Assembly: GCA_044220545.1 (NCBI GenBank)
Contig: JBGAQX010000024.1
Span: forward strand, 1,771 to 65,770
Source of the DNA: Rhodocyclaceae bacterium
GTDB lineage: Bacteria > Pseudomonadota > Gammaproteobacteria > Burkholderiales > Rhodocyclaceae
DNA: 64,000 nt
Direction: 5' to 3'
Of this stretch, positions 9,034-19,007 are shown one piece after another. Below the pieces are notes generated by a model. The model searched no databases. It was not told the origin of the DNA and saw nothing but the letters and a program-made list of their open reading frames with translations. Each line of letters begins with the position of its first letter. Position 1 is the first letter of the stretch. The translations under genes were made by a program, and so were the position numbers.

Positions 9034-10179
9034 ATGAATTCCTCTTTCGCCATCGCCCGCCTGCCGCGCATCGAATTCGGCGCCGGCGCGATCCGCAAGC
9101 TGCCGGCCATCGCCGCCAGCTACGGCACGCGCGTGCTGCTGGTGACCGGCGCGCGCTCCTTCGCGGCGTCCAAGGCCGGCGCATGGCTGCTGGAGGAACT
9201 GAAGTCGAAGGGTATTGCCTGGCGGCAGGTGCGCATCGAAGGCGAACCTTCACCGGGTTTGATCGACGCGACTGTGGCGCAGCAGCGCGGCAGCCCCGTC
9301 GATGTCGTGGTCGGCATCGGCGGTGGCGCGGCACTCGACGCCGCGAAAGCCATCGCCGGCTTGCTGCGGCCCGGCAATTCCGTCCTGGACCACCTCGAGG
9401 GGGTCGGCCCCGAGCTGCCCTATGTTGGCCCGGCCACCCCCTTCATCGCCGTGCCGACCACCGCCGGCACCGGCTCGGAGGCGACCAGGAACGCGGTGCT
9501 GTCGGTCGCCGGCCAGTACAAGAAATCATTTCGCGACGACCGGCTGGTGGCCGAATGGGCCATCGTCGATCCCGACCTGCTCGAGACCTGCCCGCCGGAA
9601 CTGATCGCTGCGGATGGCATGGACGCCTTCACCCAGTTGCTGGAATCCTTCGTCTCGACGCGCGCCAACCCGATCACCGACGCCCTGGCGCGCTCCGGAC
9701 TGGCCGCCGCCAGCGAAGCCCTGCTGCCCCTGTACGGCCAGCAGAGCGCGGCGTTGCGCGCGAAGATGGCCTATGCGTCGCTGCTCTCCGGCATCTGCCT
9801 GGCGCAGACCGGCCTCGGCTCGGTGCATGGCCTGGCGGCGCCGCTCGGCGCCTTCTTCCCGATCCCGCATGGCGTCGCCTGTGGCACGCTGCTGGCGACG
9901 GCAACCCGTGTCAACATCGCCGCCTTGCGGCAACGCGAGCCCGACAGCCCGGCATTGATCAAGTACGAGGAAGTACGCCGCTTGCTCGGCGCCGCCGACC
10001 TGCCCGCCATGCTGGCCGGCTGGCGGGAACGGCTGGCGCTACCCCGCCTCGCCGCCTACGGCGTGACCGCCGCCGACATTCCGCGCATCGTCGCCGACAG
10101 CCGCGGCAGCAGCATGAAGACCAACCCGGTCGTGCTCACCGACGACGAAATCGCCAGCATCGTCGGCGAGCGGCTCTGA
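9034..10179 (+). CDS. Iron-containing (group III) alcohol dehydrogenase
   Basis: 381 aa. [13 protein letters not shown] nucleotide motif, PTTAGTGSE, and conserved His cluster [21 protein letters not shown]. Confidence 0.9.
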   Translation: MNSSFAIARLPRIEFGAGAIRKLPAIAASYGTRVLLVTGARSFAASKAGAWLLEELKSKGIAWRQVRIEGEPSPGLIDATVAQQRGSPVDVVVGIGGGAALDAAKAIAGLLRPGNSVLDHLEGVGPELPYVGPATPFIAVPTTAGTGSEATRNAVLSVAGQYKKSFRDDRLVAEWAIVDPDLLETCPPELIAADGMDAFTQLLESFVSTRANPITDALARSGLAAASEALLPLYGQQSAALRAKMAYASLLSGICLAQTGLGSVHGLAAPLGAFFPIPHGVACGTLLATATRVNIAALRQREPDSPALIKYEEVRRLLGAADLPAMLAGWRERLALPRLAAYGVTAADIPRIVADSRGSSMKTNPVVLTDDEIASIVGERL

Positions 10180-10181
10180 CC

Positions 10182-12834
10182 ATGACCCGCCCCGGCCCAA
10201 CGCCCCCCGACCGGATCGATCGGCCATCCGGCCCGGCCACCCCATCGGCATCCACCGCCGGCTTGCAGCGCTGGCTGATCGTCGGCGTCATTCTGGTCAA
10301 TATCGTGATGATCGCCATCGCCGTGCAGAGCCTGGCGTTCAGCCGCGCGAAGACCGTCGAGCAGGTACGCGACAACACCACCAATCTGGCCAACCTGCTG
10401 GAACACAACCTCGCCGATACGGCCAGTGGCATCGATCTGGCCCTGCTCGGCATCGCCGACGCGCTCGAACACATGGCCAAGCACGGGGAATTCGAGGACG
10501 CGGTGATCGAGAAGCTGCTCGTCACGCATGCCGGACGCCACCCGGAGGTCGATGCCTTCCGGGTCAGCAATTCGCGTGGCGACATTCTCTGGGGCAAGGG
10601 CGTCGACCGGTCGCTGACGCCCAGCTACGCCGATCGCGACTTCTTCGCCGAGCACCGGGCCCATCCCGGCCAGCGGTTGATCGTGACCGAGCCGATCACG
10701 GGACGGGTATCGAAAGTGCCCCTGATCGGTTTTACCCGCTCCTATCGCCAACCCGACGGCTCCTTCGCCGGCGTGATCGCCGTCGGTGTGCCGGTCAGCC
10801 ATATCGACGCCATGCTGGCCAGCCTCCACCTGGGGCCGCACGGTTCGGCCGTCGTTCGGCATGCCAACCGGGCATTGGTCACCCGTTTCCCGCCGGTCAA
10901 CGGCCCGGGCGGACAAATCGGCGACAAGACGGTCTCGGCGGAGTTTGCGGCCTTTCTCGATTCGGGGCGGAACAGTGGCATGTTCCATACGCCCAAGGCT
11001 CCCGACGGCTACGAGCGCACCTACGCCACCATACGCATCCGCCACATGCCATTCTTCCTCAACATCGGCATGGCGCCGCGGGACTATCTCGACGCCTGGC
11101 ACCAGGAAGTCGCCAAGACATCGATGCTGCTGGGGGTCTTCTTTGTCGTCAGCGTGATTGCCGCCTGGCTGATCGGGCGCTTCTGGCGCCAGCGCCTTGC
11201 CGACGCCGCCGCCTTGCAGGTCAGCGAAAGCCGCTTCCGCACCGTGTCATCCCTCACCAGCGACCTGATCTACTCCTGTAGCCGTTCCGACGATGGCGTG
11301 TTCCGGGTCGACTGGCTGGGGGGACGCGCCGAGCAGGTATTCGGCCGCACCAACCAGGAGATCATGGACTTGGGCTGCTGGCGGCCCTTCGTCGTCGAGG
11401 ACGATCTTCCGCTCTTCGCCGCCGGCATCACCGGGCTACAGCCTGGCCAGTCGAGCGATTTCGAACTGCGCATCACGCATCGCGACGGCACGCCGCACCA
11501 TCTCCGCAGCGTCGCGCGGGTCGAGGACGATCCCGCCGGCACGAAGCGCCATCGGCTCTATGGCGCGGTCCAGGACATCACCGCGCGCAAGCTCGCCGAA
11601 GCCGAGCTGACACGGCACCGCGAACATCTCGAGGATCTCGTTTCGGAGCGGACGGCGCAACTGACCCTGGCCAAGGAAGCCGCCGAGACCGCCAACGTGG
11701 CCAAGAGTGCCTTCCTCGCCAACATGTCGCACGAAATCCGCACCCCGCTCAACGCCATCAACGGCATGGCCCACCTGATCCGGAAGTCCGGCCTGTCCGC
11801 CGAACAGGCGGGGCGGCTCGACAAGCTGGAAGCGGCCGGCAATCATTTGCTCCAGATCATCAACGCCATCCTCGACCTGTCGAAGATCGAAGCGGGCAAG
11901 TTCGCGCTGGAAGAGCATCCGCTCAGGGTCGAAAGCATCCTCGCCAATGTCGTTTCCATGTTGCACCAGCGGGCCCCGGGCCAAGCATCTGCAAGTGGTC
12001 AGCGAAGTCCCTGCCCTGCCACGCGCCTTGCTGGGCGACGCCACTCGACTGCAACAGGCCTTGCTCAACTACGCCGCCAACGCCATCAAATTCACCGAGG
12101 CGGGCGGCATAAGGCTGCGGGTCGAGCTGGTGTCCGAAGACGACTCGAGCGCCCTGCTGCGCTTCGAAGTCGAAGACACCGGCATCGGTATCGCGCCGGC
12201 CGCCATGACCCGGCTGTTTGCCGCCTTCGAGCAGGCCGACAACACCATGACGCGCAAGTACGGCGGCACCGGCCTCGGCCTGGCCATTACCCGCAAGATC
12301 GCCCAACTCATGGGCGGCGAGGCGGGCGCCACCAGCACCCCGGGCGCGGGCAGCACCTTCTGGTTCACCGCCCGGCTGCGCAAGGACCCGCTCGCCGCGG
12401 TCGCCGAGGAAGCGGCGCAGAACGACGACGCCGAGAAGATATTGAAGCGCGACTTCCCCGACCGGCGCGTCCTGCTGGCCGAGGATGAACCGATCAACCG
12501 CGAGATTGCCCTGCTGATACTCGCCGACGCGGGCCTGGCCGTCGACGTCGCCGACGATGGCGCCAAGGCCGTCGAGCTGGCGGCGAGGAATGCCTACGAC
12601 CTGATCCTGATGGACATGCAGATGCCCCACATGGACGGACTGGAAGCAACCCGGCGGATCCGCGAGCAGCCCGGCGGCGCCCGAGTCCCCATCCTGGCCA
12701 TGACCGCCAATGCCTTTGCCGAGGACAAGGCGAACTGCCTGCAAGCCGGCATGAATGACTTCATCGCCAAGCCGGTCCGCCCCGAGGACTTGTGCGCGAC
12801 CCTGCTGAAATGGCTCGCGCCGGCGGGCCGCTGA
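10182..12834 (+). pseudogene. Hybrid sensor histidine kinase/response regulator (periplasmic Cache-like, PAS, HisKA, HATPase, REC), split by a +1 frameshift near 11974-11977
   Basis: Frame 0 reads through HisKA ([11 protein letters not shown]) to ...VVSMLHQRA and then becomes Arg-rich nonsense. The frame starting at 11947 continues ...[11 protein letters not shown], HATPase (GGTGLGLAI) and REC ([10 protein letters not shown]...[14 protein letters not shown]). The junction is a CCCC run. Confidence 0.8.
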
Positions 12835-12866
12835 CCGTCGACACCATCGGATCGGCCGCGGCGCGG

Positions 12867-14084
12867 CTAGGCGGGAATCGGGAGAAAGACATGCTCGATC
12901 CGGCGCAGTGCCTCATCGCCAAGTCCAGCTTCGTAGCACACATCCCGCCAACATTCCCGGATGACACGCTGCGTGTCCGCGACGATGGCCAGCGCCTCCT
13001 CGCGGCCGAGCCCGAACGCGGCGGCATTGCCGACCAGGTTGCTCACTGTGCCGGCGGCGGAATCTCCGATGAGCAAGGCATGGTGATGAACGCGGTGCGG
13101 CGTCGATACCGGCACCAGATCGTAAGCGGGGGCGAGGGTGAAGTCGCCGCCACCGACATGCGCCAGTCCGTGATTGAGCTCGTGGTCGTCGGAATTCCTG
13201 ATCGCGCAATTGAAGACCATGCGCCGGAATACTTCCTGGCGCTGCTCGGTCGGGCAGCCATAGCGCGGCAGCCAGCGTGCCAGACGGGCATAGGAACCGG
13301 TGACCACCGCGGCATAGCCGTGATCGGCGTAGAACACGGTGCGCGCACTGAGAAAGCCTGTACGGAGGATTTCGCCCTGGCGAATATCGCGGTCGAAGCG
13401 GCGCACCAGGCAGACGGCCACGCCGTCGATGTCGAGGATACGGGTCTCGGCCGTGCGAATGCCGCACAGGCGGCCCAACCGCATGGTGGCGTGTTCAAGG
13501 CGGGGAATGTCGATGGCCGGGTCGTCGTTCACACTGGAAAACTTGGCGATCCAGACCGCTTCGCCGTCGACGATATTGCATTTCGGCCGCGCGCCGCCGG
13601 TACCCGGATGTAACGCCTTCAGCAGTTCCACATCGACGGGCCGACCGGCTTCGACATCCCGCGTGGCAGCCAGCAACTCGGCGAGGGGGAATTGGCGGCT
13701 GGCCAGTTCCTCGGGTGCTTCGTTGGCCGAGCACGAAAATGCCAGGCAGCCGGCGCGGCCAGGATCGTTGAGCAGCAAATAGCCGGCGGGGTAATCCCGT
13801 TTGCCGGTCAACCGGTCGATGACTTTGATGCCCCAGCGGTCCGGACAGGCATCGAGCACCGCGCCGGGGAAGCCACTCAAGACAGTGAATTCGGCCGCCG
13901 CCTCCCTGAGCGGCAGACGCACGGGGTCGATCGGGACAGCCTCGCGCCGAGCCAGATAGCTCCGCCCATAGACAAAGCGCCCGATGGCACCGGCAGGGGT
14001 GCGGGAAAGCTCCAGTTTGCCGGCCACGACCGGTGCTATCTGGCCGGGGAGATAGATCCAGACGAACAGGCGCTCAGAAGTCAT
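12867..14084 (-). CDS. hipA: HipA-family serine/threonine kinase toxin (type II TA), copy 1
   Basis: Start taken at MTSERLFVWIYL (ATG 14084). Contains GGARPKC and the catalytic-loop-like NSDDHELNHG. Overlaps the upstream HTH gene by 11 nt. Confidence 0.85.
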   Translation of the reverse strand: MTSERLFVWIYLPGQIAPVVAGKLELSRTPAGAIGRFVYGRSYLARREAVPIDPVRLPLREAAAEFTVLSGFPGAVLDACPDRWGIKVIDRLTGKRDYPAGYLLLNDPGRAGCLAFSCSANEAPEELASRQFPLAELLAATRDVEAGRPVDVELLKALHPGTGGARPKCNIVDGEAVWIAKFSSVNDDPAIDIPRLEHATMRLGRLCGIRTAETRILDIDGVAVCLVRRFDRDIRQGEILRTGFLSARTVFYADHGYAAVVTGSYARLARWLPRYGCPTEQRQEVFRRMVFNCAIRNSDDHELNHGLAHVGGGDFTLAPAYDLVPVSTPHRVHHHALLIGDSAAGTVSNLVGNAAAFGLGREEALAIVADTQRVIRECWRDVCYEAGLGDEALRRIEHVFLPIPA

Positions 14085-14409
14085 TGTCGGGCTTTCTCGG
14101 CACGAAAACCCGCTTCTTGTCCGCATCGAGTGACAGGGAAAGGCCGTCCCGGTCCAACCCCGGATCGGCGATCAGCTCGATCTCGCCCGCCAGCCCGAGT
14201 ATCCACAGGACGTTGAGAACACCACCGATGGAGCAGCTCACCTCGCCCCGCTCGATGGCCTGAATGGATGAACGCGAAAGCCCGCTGCGGCGGGCCAAGT
14301 CTTCCTGCCGCAGCTTGCGGCGCACCCTGGCGGCGCGAATGCGGCCACCAAGACGCTGTGCGATTCCGGTAACTTCTTCTGGCGGGAGGCCACTAACTGT
14401 GCGTTCCAT
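14074..14409 (-). CDS. hipB: XRE-family HTH antitoxin (HipB-like), copy 1
   Basis: HTH segment LRQEDLARRSGLSRSSIQAIERGE. ATG 14409 preferred over GTG 14418. Confidence 0.8.
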   Translation of the reverse strand: MERTVSGLPPEEVTGIAQRLGGRIRAARVRRKLRQEDLARRSGLSRSSIQAIERGEVSCSIGGVLNVLWILGLAGEIELIADPGLDRDGLSLSLDADKKRVFVPRKPDNDF

Positions 14410-14429
14410 AACCAGCACAATAAATATTT

Positions 14430-14449
14430 ATGCTTTCCATAGCAAGCAT
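14430..14449. promoter_or_regulatory. Inverted repeat ATGCTT-N8-AAGCAT upstream of hipB copy 1; candidate operator
   Basis: Seen directly. 6-bp arms with an 8-nt spacer, embedded in an AT-rich stretch 20 bp upstream of the hipB start. Operator role inferred by analogy with HipB autoregulation. Confidence 0.25.
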
Positions 14450-14514
14450 AGACTTCCCGACAGCCACAATGATGAGCCAGCTAGGCTACCCGGTCTGGCC
14501 GGGGTCGGTGCGCT

Positions 14515-15063
14515 TCAGCCGAAGGGATTGTCCAAGGGCTTGCGGCAGCACAGCGGCCCCTCGACCGGGTCCAGCGCGCCTTGCGCGATGCAGGAAACTA
14601 GTTCGTGGATTTCCTCGGTGGTGAAGGTCGCGCAGAGGCGGCGCCCGAGTTCGGCGGGAATGCGCAAATCCAGCGACTGCCCATCGGCGAGGGTGGCGGT
14701 GACGCCCATCAGCGCGTGCTGGTCCTCGGCATCCTCCGCGTCGACGAGATCCTGCTGCTCGTCCATCAGCGCATCGTATTCGGCCTCGATCGTTTCCTGC
14801 AGATCATCGTCCAGGTCGTCGCGCACCGCGACCACGAAGCCCTCGATCGGGTCTGGCCGGACCGCCCCTGTCAGGCCATGCCCGGCAAGGAGCGCGACGA
14901 AGCGATCGCGCAGGTCGGGGTCGAAAAAGATGTAGTCGTTCATGTGGCTGTCATCGTGGTGAAGGATCACGACCGGGAAGGATGCGCGGTCGCGGTACTG
15001 ATATTGCCAGAAAACCTGCTCGTGGCGAGGCCACCCCGAGTCGCCGTTCGTCGTGCCGTCCAC
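14515..15063 (-). CDS. Acidic hypothetical protein; start uncertain (GTG 15063 or ATG 14943)
   Basis: Only a long ORF with coding-like composition (Asp/Glu-rich). No motif recognised. Confidence 0.4.
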   Translation of the reverse strand: MDGTTNGDSGWPRHEQVFWQYQYRDRASFPVVILHHDDSHMNDYIFFDPDLRDRFVALLAGHGLTGAVRPDPIEGFVVAVRDDLDDDLQETIEAEYDALMDEQQDLVDAEDAEDQHALMGVTATLADGQSLDLRIPAELGRRLCATFTTEEIHELVSCIAQGALDPVEGPLCCRKPLDNPFG

Positions 15064-15195
15064 CGGCCAACCGTTCGTGTTTCATACCGTCATGCCGCCT
15101 GGGCCGACACAAGCATCCGCGAATCCGGCCCCACCGAAGGTGCTGGGGCCCTGGGCGAGCGCCAATGCCGCGCGAATCGCCGGTGGCGACATGGT

Positions 15196-16059
15196 TCATC
15201 GTTCGCCGTCCGTCGAGAAGCCGCGCCGATTGATCGCGTAATCCTTGATCTCGCCCCGAAACGGCAGCATCAACATGCCATCCAGACGCGCGACCTCGCG
15301 CGGGTCGCGGTGGTCACGGATGCCGATGGTCATGCCGATCTGGCCGGCGCGCGGCTGGTCGCGATAGGTGCCGAACAGGCGGTCCCACCAGGTCAGGTTG
15401 AAGCCGAAGTTGGAATTGGTCTCGTCGTCCTCGATCGAGTGATGGACCCGATGCATGTCCGGCGTCACCACCACCCAGCGCAGCCAGCGGTCGAGCGTCG
15501 CCGGCAGGTGGATGTTGCCGTGGTTGAACATGGCGTTGGCGTTGAGCATCACTTCGAAGATCACCACGGCCACCGCCGGCGCCCCCAGCACGACGATGGT
15601 GGCGAACTTGATGAGCATCGACAGGATGATCTCGATGGGATGAAAGCGCGCCCCCGTGGTCACGTCGTAATCGGGATCGGCGTGATGCACCCGGTGCAGC
15701 CGCCACAAGGCCGGCACGGCATGGACCATGACGTGCTGCAACCAGATGACGAAATCCATGGCGATCACGGCCAGCGGCACGGCAAGCACCCAGGGCACCA
15801 CGAAGTGATTGAGCAGGCCCCAGCCACGCTCCGCGCAGAAGGCGGCCATGCCCGCCCCGGCCAGCGGGAAGAGCAGACGCACCAGCAGGGTGTTGAGCGC
15901 CACCAGGCCGAGATTGCTGGCCCAGCGCATGGCCTTGGAGACGGTCAGCGCGCGGCGCGGCGACAGAACCTCCCAGGTGCCGATCACGGTGAGCACGCCC
16001 AGGAAGAAGCCGAACCGGATGGCGAGTTCGTTGGCCACTACGAATTGTGCGAAGTTCAT
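15196..16059 (-). CDS. Fatty acid hydroxylase / sterol desaturase superfamily membrane protein
   Basis: Histidine boxes HVMVH, HRVHH (twice) and HHSIEDDE in a multi-TM protein. Confidence 0.85.
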   Translation of the reverse strand: MNFAQFVVANELAIRFGFFLGVLTVIGTWEVLSPRRALTVSKAMRWASNLGLVALNTLLVRLLFPLAGAGMAAFCAERGWGLLNHFVVPWVLAVPLAVIAMDFVIWLQHVMVHAVPALWRLHRVHHADPDYDVTTGARFHPIEIILSMLIKFATIVVLGAPAVAVVIFEVMLNANAMFNHGNIHLPATLDRWLRWVVVTPDMHRVHHSIEDDETNSNFGFNLTWWDRLFGTYRDQPRAGQIGMTIGIRDHRDPREVARLDGMLMLPFRGEIKDYAINRRGFSTDGER

Positions 16060-16129
16060 GGCGACTTCATCCGGATACCTCGTCTAGGTCGGCAATCGGG
16101 TGGCGGGCCAAATGCCACTTGAACGTCGC

Positions 16130-16681
16130 TCAGGAATCGAGCAGTTGCCGGATCGCGGCGACGATTTCCGGGTCGTCGAACTCCCGGCCGCCCGTGGCGC
16201 GGTAGGCCAGCCGGCCTTGCCTATCCACGAGCAGCGTGGTCGGCAGGCCACGCACCGGCCAGGCTGCCATCGCCTTCGAGTCGCGGTCGAACAGCACGGG
16301 AAATTCGGTGTTGCCGGCGAAGGAAAATACCGTGTCCGGGTCTTCGCCGACGTTGACCGCCAGCACCTCGAACTCGGCCGGCTTGAACAGCTTGCGCACC
16401 CGGCCCAGCGAGGGAAACTCCTTGCGGCAAGGCGGACACCAGGTGGCCCAGAAGTTCACCAGCACCACGCGCCCCCGGTACTGCGCCAGATCGACCGGCT
16501 TGTCGTCGGCGTCGAGGAGGCGCAAAGGCGGGGCCGATGGCGTACCGGGCAGGGGCGACAGGCCGCGTCCTTGCGCCCGGGTCGACGGCATGGCCGCCAG
16601 CAGAGCGAGGCCGCCCGCCACGGCAAGGAAACGGCGGCGCTCAATCCTTGGCGCAGACGAGCTGGTCGAGATCGATTTCAT
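16130..16681 (-). CDS. TlpA-family periplasmic thiol:disulfide oxidoreductase (Tat signal)
   Basis: RRRFLAV twin-arginine signal and FWATWCPPCRKE redox motif. Start at ATG 16681; the track ORF from 16906 is an extension. Confidence 0.85.
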   Translation of the reverse strand: MKSISTSSSAPRIERRRFLAVAGGLALLAAMPSTRAQGRGLSPLPGTPSAPPLRLLDADDKPVDLAQYRGRVVLVNFWATWCPPCRKEFPSLGRVRKLFKPAEFEVLAVNVGEDPDTVFSFAGNTEFPVLFDRDSKAMAAWPVRGLPTTLLVDRQGRLAYRATGGREFDDPEIVAAIRQLLDS

Positions 16682-17186
16682 GATTCCCCTTGTCATCGCT
16701 ATATCTGGCGACCAGACGGAACGGTCCGGCTGGCGTGGCCGCCAGCGTCGCCATGCCCATGATCCAGTCGCCCGGTTCGAAAACGTTCTCCGCCTGGAAC
16801 TGCGCCCAGCGGAAGGCGATCCGTGCCGCCTGCGCCACACCGGCCTTGTCCCATGCCGCGTCCCACTCCGCCGGCGGACGCACGGATATCCGCCGGCCGT
16901 CGGCATCGATGGCCCGCCAGTCCGCCAGCCGGGTGGTCAGCGTGGTCGCACCGCCGTTCCGCATGCCGAACGAGAAGCCGCAGGCCCGCGCATAGGGGCG
17001 GATAGCCGCCTCGGAAAAGCCCCGCGCGGTGTAGAAGGACGTCAGTGCCGCGCCGCCGAGCGAGTTGGCCGTCAGCGTCACGGCCCCCCTCGTGGCGCGA
17101 TGGCGCCACTCGATGTCATCGTCCGCGTGGACGGGAAAGCCAACACCGGCCAGCAGGGCAAGCGCGGCAAGCATATGGGCCTTCAT
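16641..17186 (-). CDS. Periplasmic hypothetical protein
   Basis: Signal peptide MKAHMLAALALLAGVGFPVHA, start at ATG 17186. 41-nt overlap with the tlpA-like start. No family recognised. Confidence 0.55.
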   Translation of the reverse strand: MKAHMLAALALLAGVGFPVHADDDIEWRHRATRGAVTLTANSLGGAALTSFYTARGFSEAAIRPYARACGFSFGMRNGGATTLTTRLADWRAIDADGRRISVRPPAEWDAAWDKAGVAQAARIAFRWAQFQAENVFEPGDWIMGMATLAATPAGPFRLVARYSDDKGNHEIDLDQLVCAKD

Positions 17187-17238
17187 CTTGGCAGCCTCCT
17201 CGACAACCGCCGAACCGCGCAGGGGGTGCTCGCTTGCA

Positions 17239-17853
17239 TCAGCGGCGAACGAAACAGCAGTAGATGAACTTCTGTTCGCCCTGCGCCGGCGTGAGGTGGG
17301 TTTCGCGCAGCGACTCGACCAGGACAAAACCTGGGCCCAACTCAGCGGACAGGTATTCCGGACTGTAACGACAGACGGGCAGATTGCTGCACCGTTCCGG
17401 CCCATCCTCGGCGAAGGTGGCGATGATGGCATGTCCGCCGGCGGCCAAGGCCGCCGACAAGCTCGACACGTAGGCCCGCCGGTCCGCCGGATCGGTAAGA
17501 AAGTGGAAGACCGCCCGGTCGTGCCAGAGCCGGTACGGGCCCGGAGGTCTGTCGCGCGTGACATCGCCGGTCAGCCAACGCACCGCTTCGGCACGAGCAC
17601 CAAGTCGCGCCTTGACCGCCGCCAGCGCCGTGGCGGATATGTCGAAGACGGTAACATCGACAAAGCCGGCCGCGAGAAGGTGGTCGACCAGAGTGGACGC
17701 GCCGCCGCCAACATCGATGATCGCCTCGTCCGGCCGCGGGCCCAGCCTGGCGATCAGGCGCAGAGAAGTATCCGGCTGGATCTGATACCAACTCACCTCG
17801 TGCGTGGCGCGCGTCGCATAGACTTCTTCCCAGTGGCTGGCACGATTGGTCAT
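17239..17853 (-). CDS. Class I SAM-dependent methyltransferase
   Basis: Motif I IIDVGGGASTL within a 204-aa Rossmann-like protein. Confidence 0.8.
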   Translation of the reverse strand: MTNRASHWEEVYATRATHEVSWYQIQPDTSLRLIARLGPRPDEAIIDVGGGASTLVDHLLAAGFVDVTVFDISATALAAVKARLGARAEAVRWLTGDVTRDRPPGPYRLWHDRAVFHFLTDPADRRAYVSSLSAALAAGGHAIIATFAEDGPERCSNLPVCRYSPEYLSAELGPGFVLVESLRETHLTPAQGEQKFIYCCFVRR

Positions 17854-17864
17854 GATTCGTCACC

Positions 17865-18224
17865 TCAGAAGACAAGCGCCTTGTCGGCCCAGATGGTCCA
17901 TTCGGTGACCTCGTCGAGTGTCCCGCGGCGAGCGCCTTCGATGAGCTCCGCTGCGCCGATGCCGCGCGCATCCATGCAGGTTCCGCAGACCGCGATTTCG
18001 CCACCGGAACGAGCCACCATGCCCAGCATGTCGCCCGCGTTGTAATAGCCTGGCGGCACCTTCTGGCCGGCCTTGGCGCAGGCCGCCGCGTCGCCCATCA
18101 GGAACAGGCGAAATTCAACCGACCCGTCGCCTTTCCTTAGAATGTTTCGCGCCAGGCGCAATGCGTTGTAGCTGCGCTCCGTTCCGTAGGGCGGATCGTT
18201 GAGGATAAACAGGATTTTGCTCAT
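17865..18224 (-). CDS. DsrE/DsrF-like sulfur-relay family protein
   Basis: Starts MSKILFILNDPPYGTERSYNALRLA, with conserved Cys in AVCGTCMDARG. ATG 18224 preferred over 18245. Confidence 0.75.
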   Translation of the reverse strand: MSKILFILNDPPYGTERSYNALRLARNILRKGDGSVEFRLFLMGDAAACAKAGQKVPPGYYNAGDMLGMVARSGGEIAVCGTCMDARGIGAAELIEGARRGTLDEVTEWTIWADKALVF

Positions 18225-18299
18225 GACTGGCCCCTTCTCACTCATTCCAATAATTTTTAGATTGATTAGAGCAAAGGATCAGGCAAAGATCAAGCCGGT

Positions 18300-18328
18300 T
18301 TGACATTCATTCGCCCCGTGGCTAGATT
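18300..18328 (+). promoter_or_regulatory. Sigma70-like promoter TTGACA-N17-TAGATT for the ArsR-rhodanese gene; predicts a (near-)leaderless mRNA
   Basis: TTGACA at 18300-18305 and TAGATT at 18323-18328. The ATG at 18336 lies only 8 nt after the -10 element. Confidence 0.35.
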
Positions 18329-18335
18329 GCCGGCC

Positions 18336-19007
18336 ATGAACAAGACCCGCCGAACCAAGGACCTGCTCTACGAACAGGTGGCGCGCATCGGCAAGGCGGC
18401 TTCGAGCCCGAAGCGGCTGGAGCTGATCGAGCTGCTCTGTCAGGGCGAAAAGACGGTGGAAACGCTGGCGCGCGAGGCGTCGATCAGCCTGAAGCTGGCC
18501 AGCGCGCACCTGCGCGAACTGCGCGCCGGCAACCTGGTCGAGACTGAGCGGCACGGCAAGCACATCGCCTATCGGCTGGCCGATCGGACGGTCGCCGACT
18601 TCTGGGTGTCGATCCGTTCGCTCGCCGAAGAACGCCTGGTCGAACTGCAACTGGCATTGCAGAAGATCGCCTCCGCGCCCAACGACCTGGTGCCCAGCGA
18701 CCGGGAGACGCTGATGAAGGCGGCCCGGCGTGGCGAGGTGGTGGTGCTCGACGTCCGGCCCACCGATGAATACCTGACCACCCACCTGCCCTTCGCCCGC
18801 TCGATTCCCATCGACGAACTGCGCCAGCGATTGGCCGAACTACCGAAGGACCGGCCGGTCGTCGCCTATTGCCGCGGCCCGTTCTGCCTGATGGCCAAGG
18901 ACGCGGTGGACCTGCTGCGCAAGGAGGGCTACTCGGCCGCGCACCTGCGCGACGGCGTCGCCGAATGGGGCATGGCGCCGGTCGCGGCGCGGATCAGCGG
19001 CGGCTGA
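18336..19007 (+). CDS. ArsR/SmtB-family transcriptional regulator fused to a rhodanese domain
   Basis: ArsR HTH (LELIELLCQGEKTVETLA...HLRELRAGNLV) followed by rhodanese (VLDVRPTDEY...AYCRGPFCLMA). Confidence 0.85.
   Translation: MNKTRRTKDLLYEQVARIGKAASSPKRLELIELLCQGEKTVETLAREASISLKLASAHLRELRAGNLVETERHGKHIAYRLADRTVADFWVSIRSLAEERLVELQLALQKIASAPNDLVPSDRETLMKAARRGEVVVLDVRPTDEYLTTHLPFARSIPIDELRQRLAELPKDRPVVAYCRGPFCLMAKDAVDLLRKEGYSAAHLRDGVAEWGMAPVAARISGG

Noticed and set aside
9183-12488. 1101-aa ORF read as one protein
   Set aside because: It is a composite. The first 333 codons are an alternative frame of the alcohol dehydrogenase gene. The true kinase starts at ATG 10182, and the last roughly 170 codons are post-frameshift nonsense.
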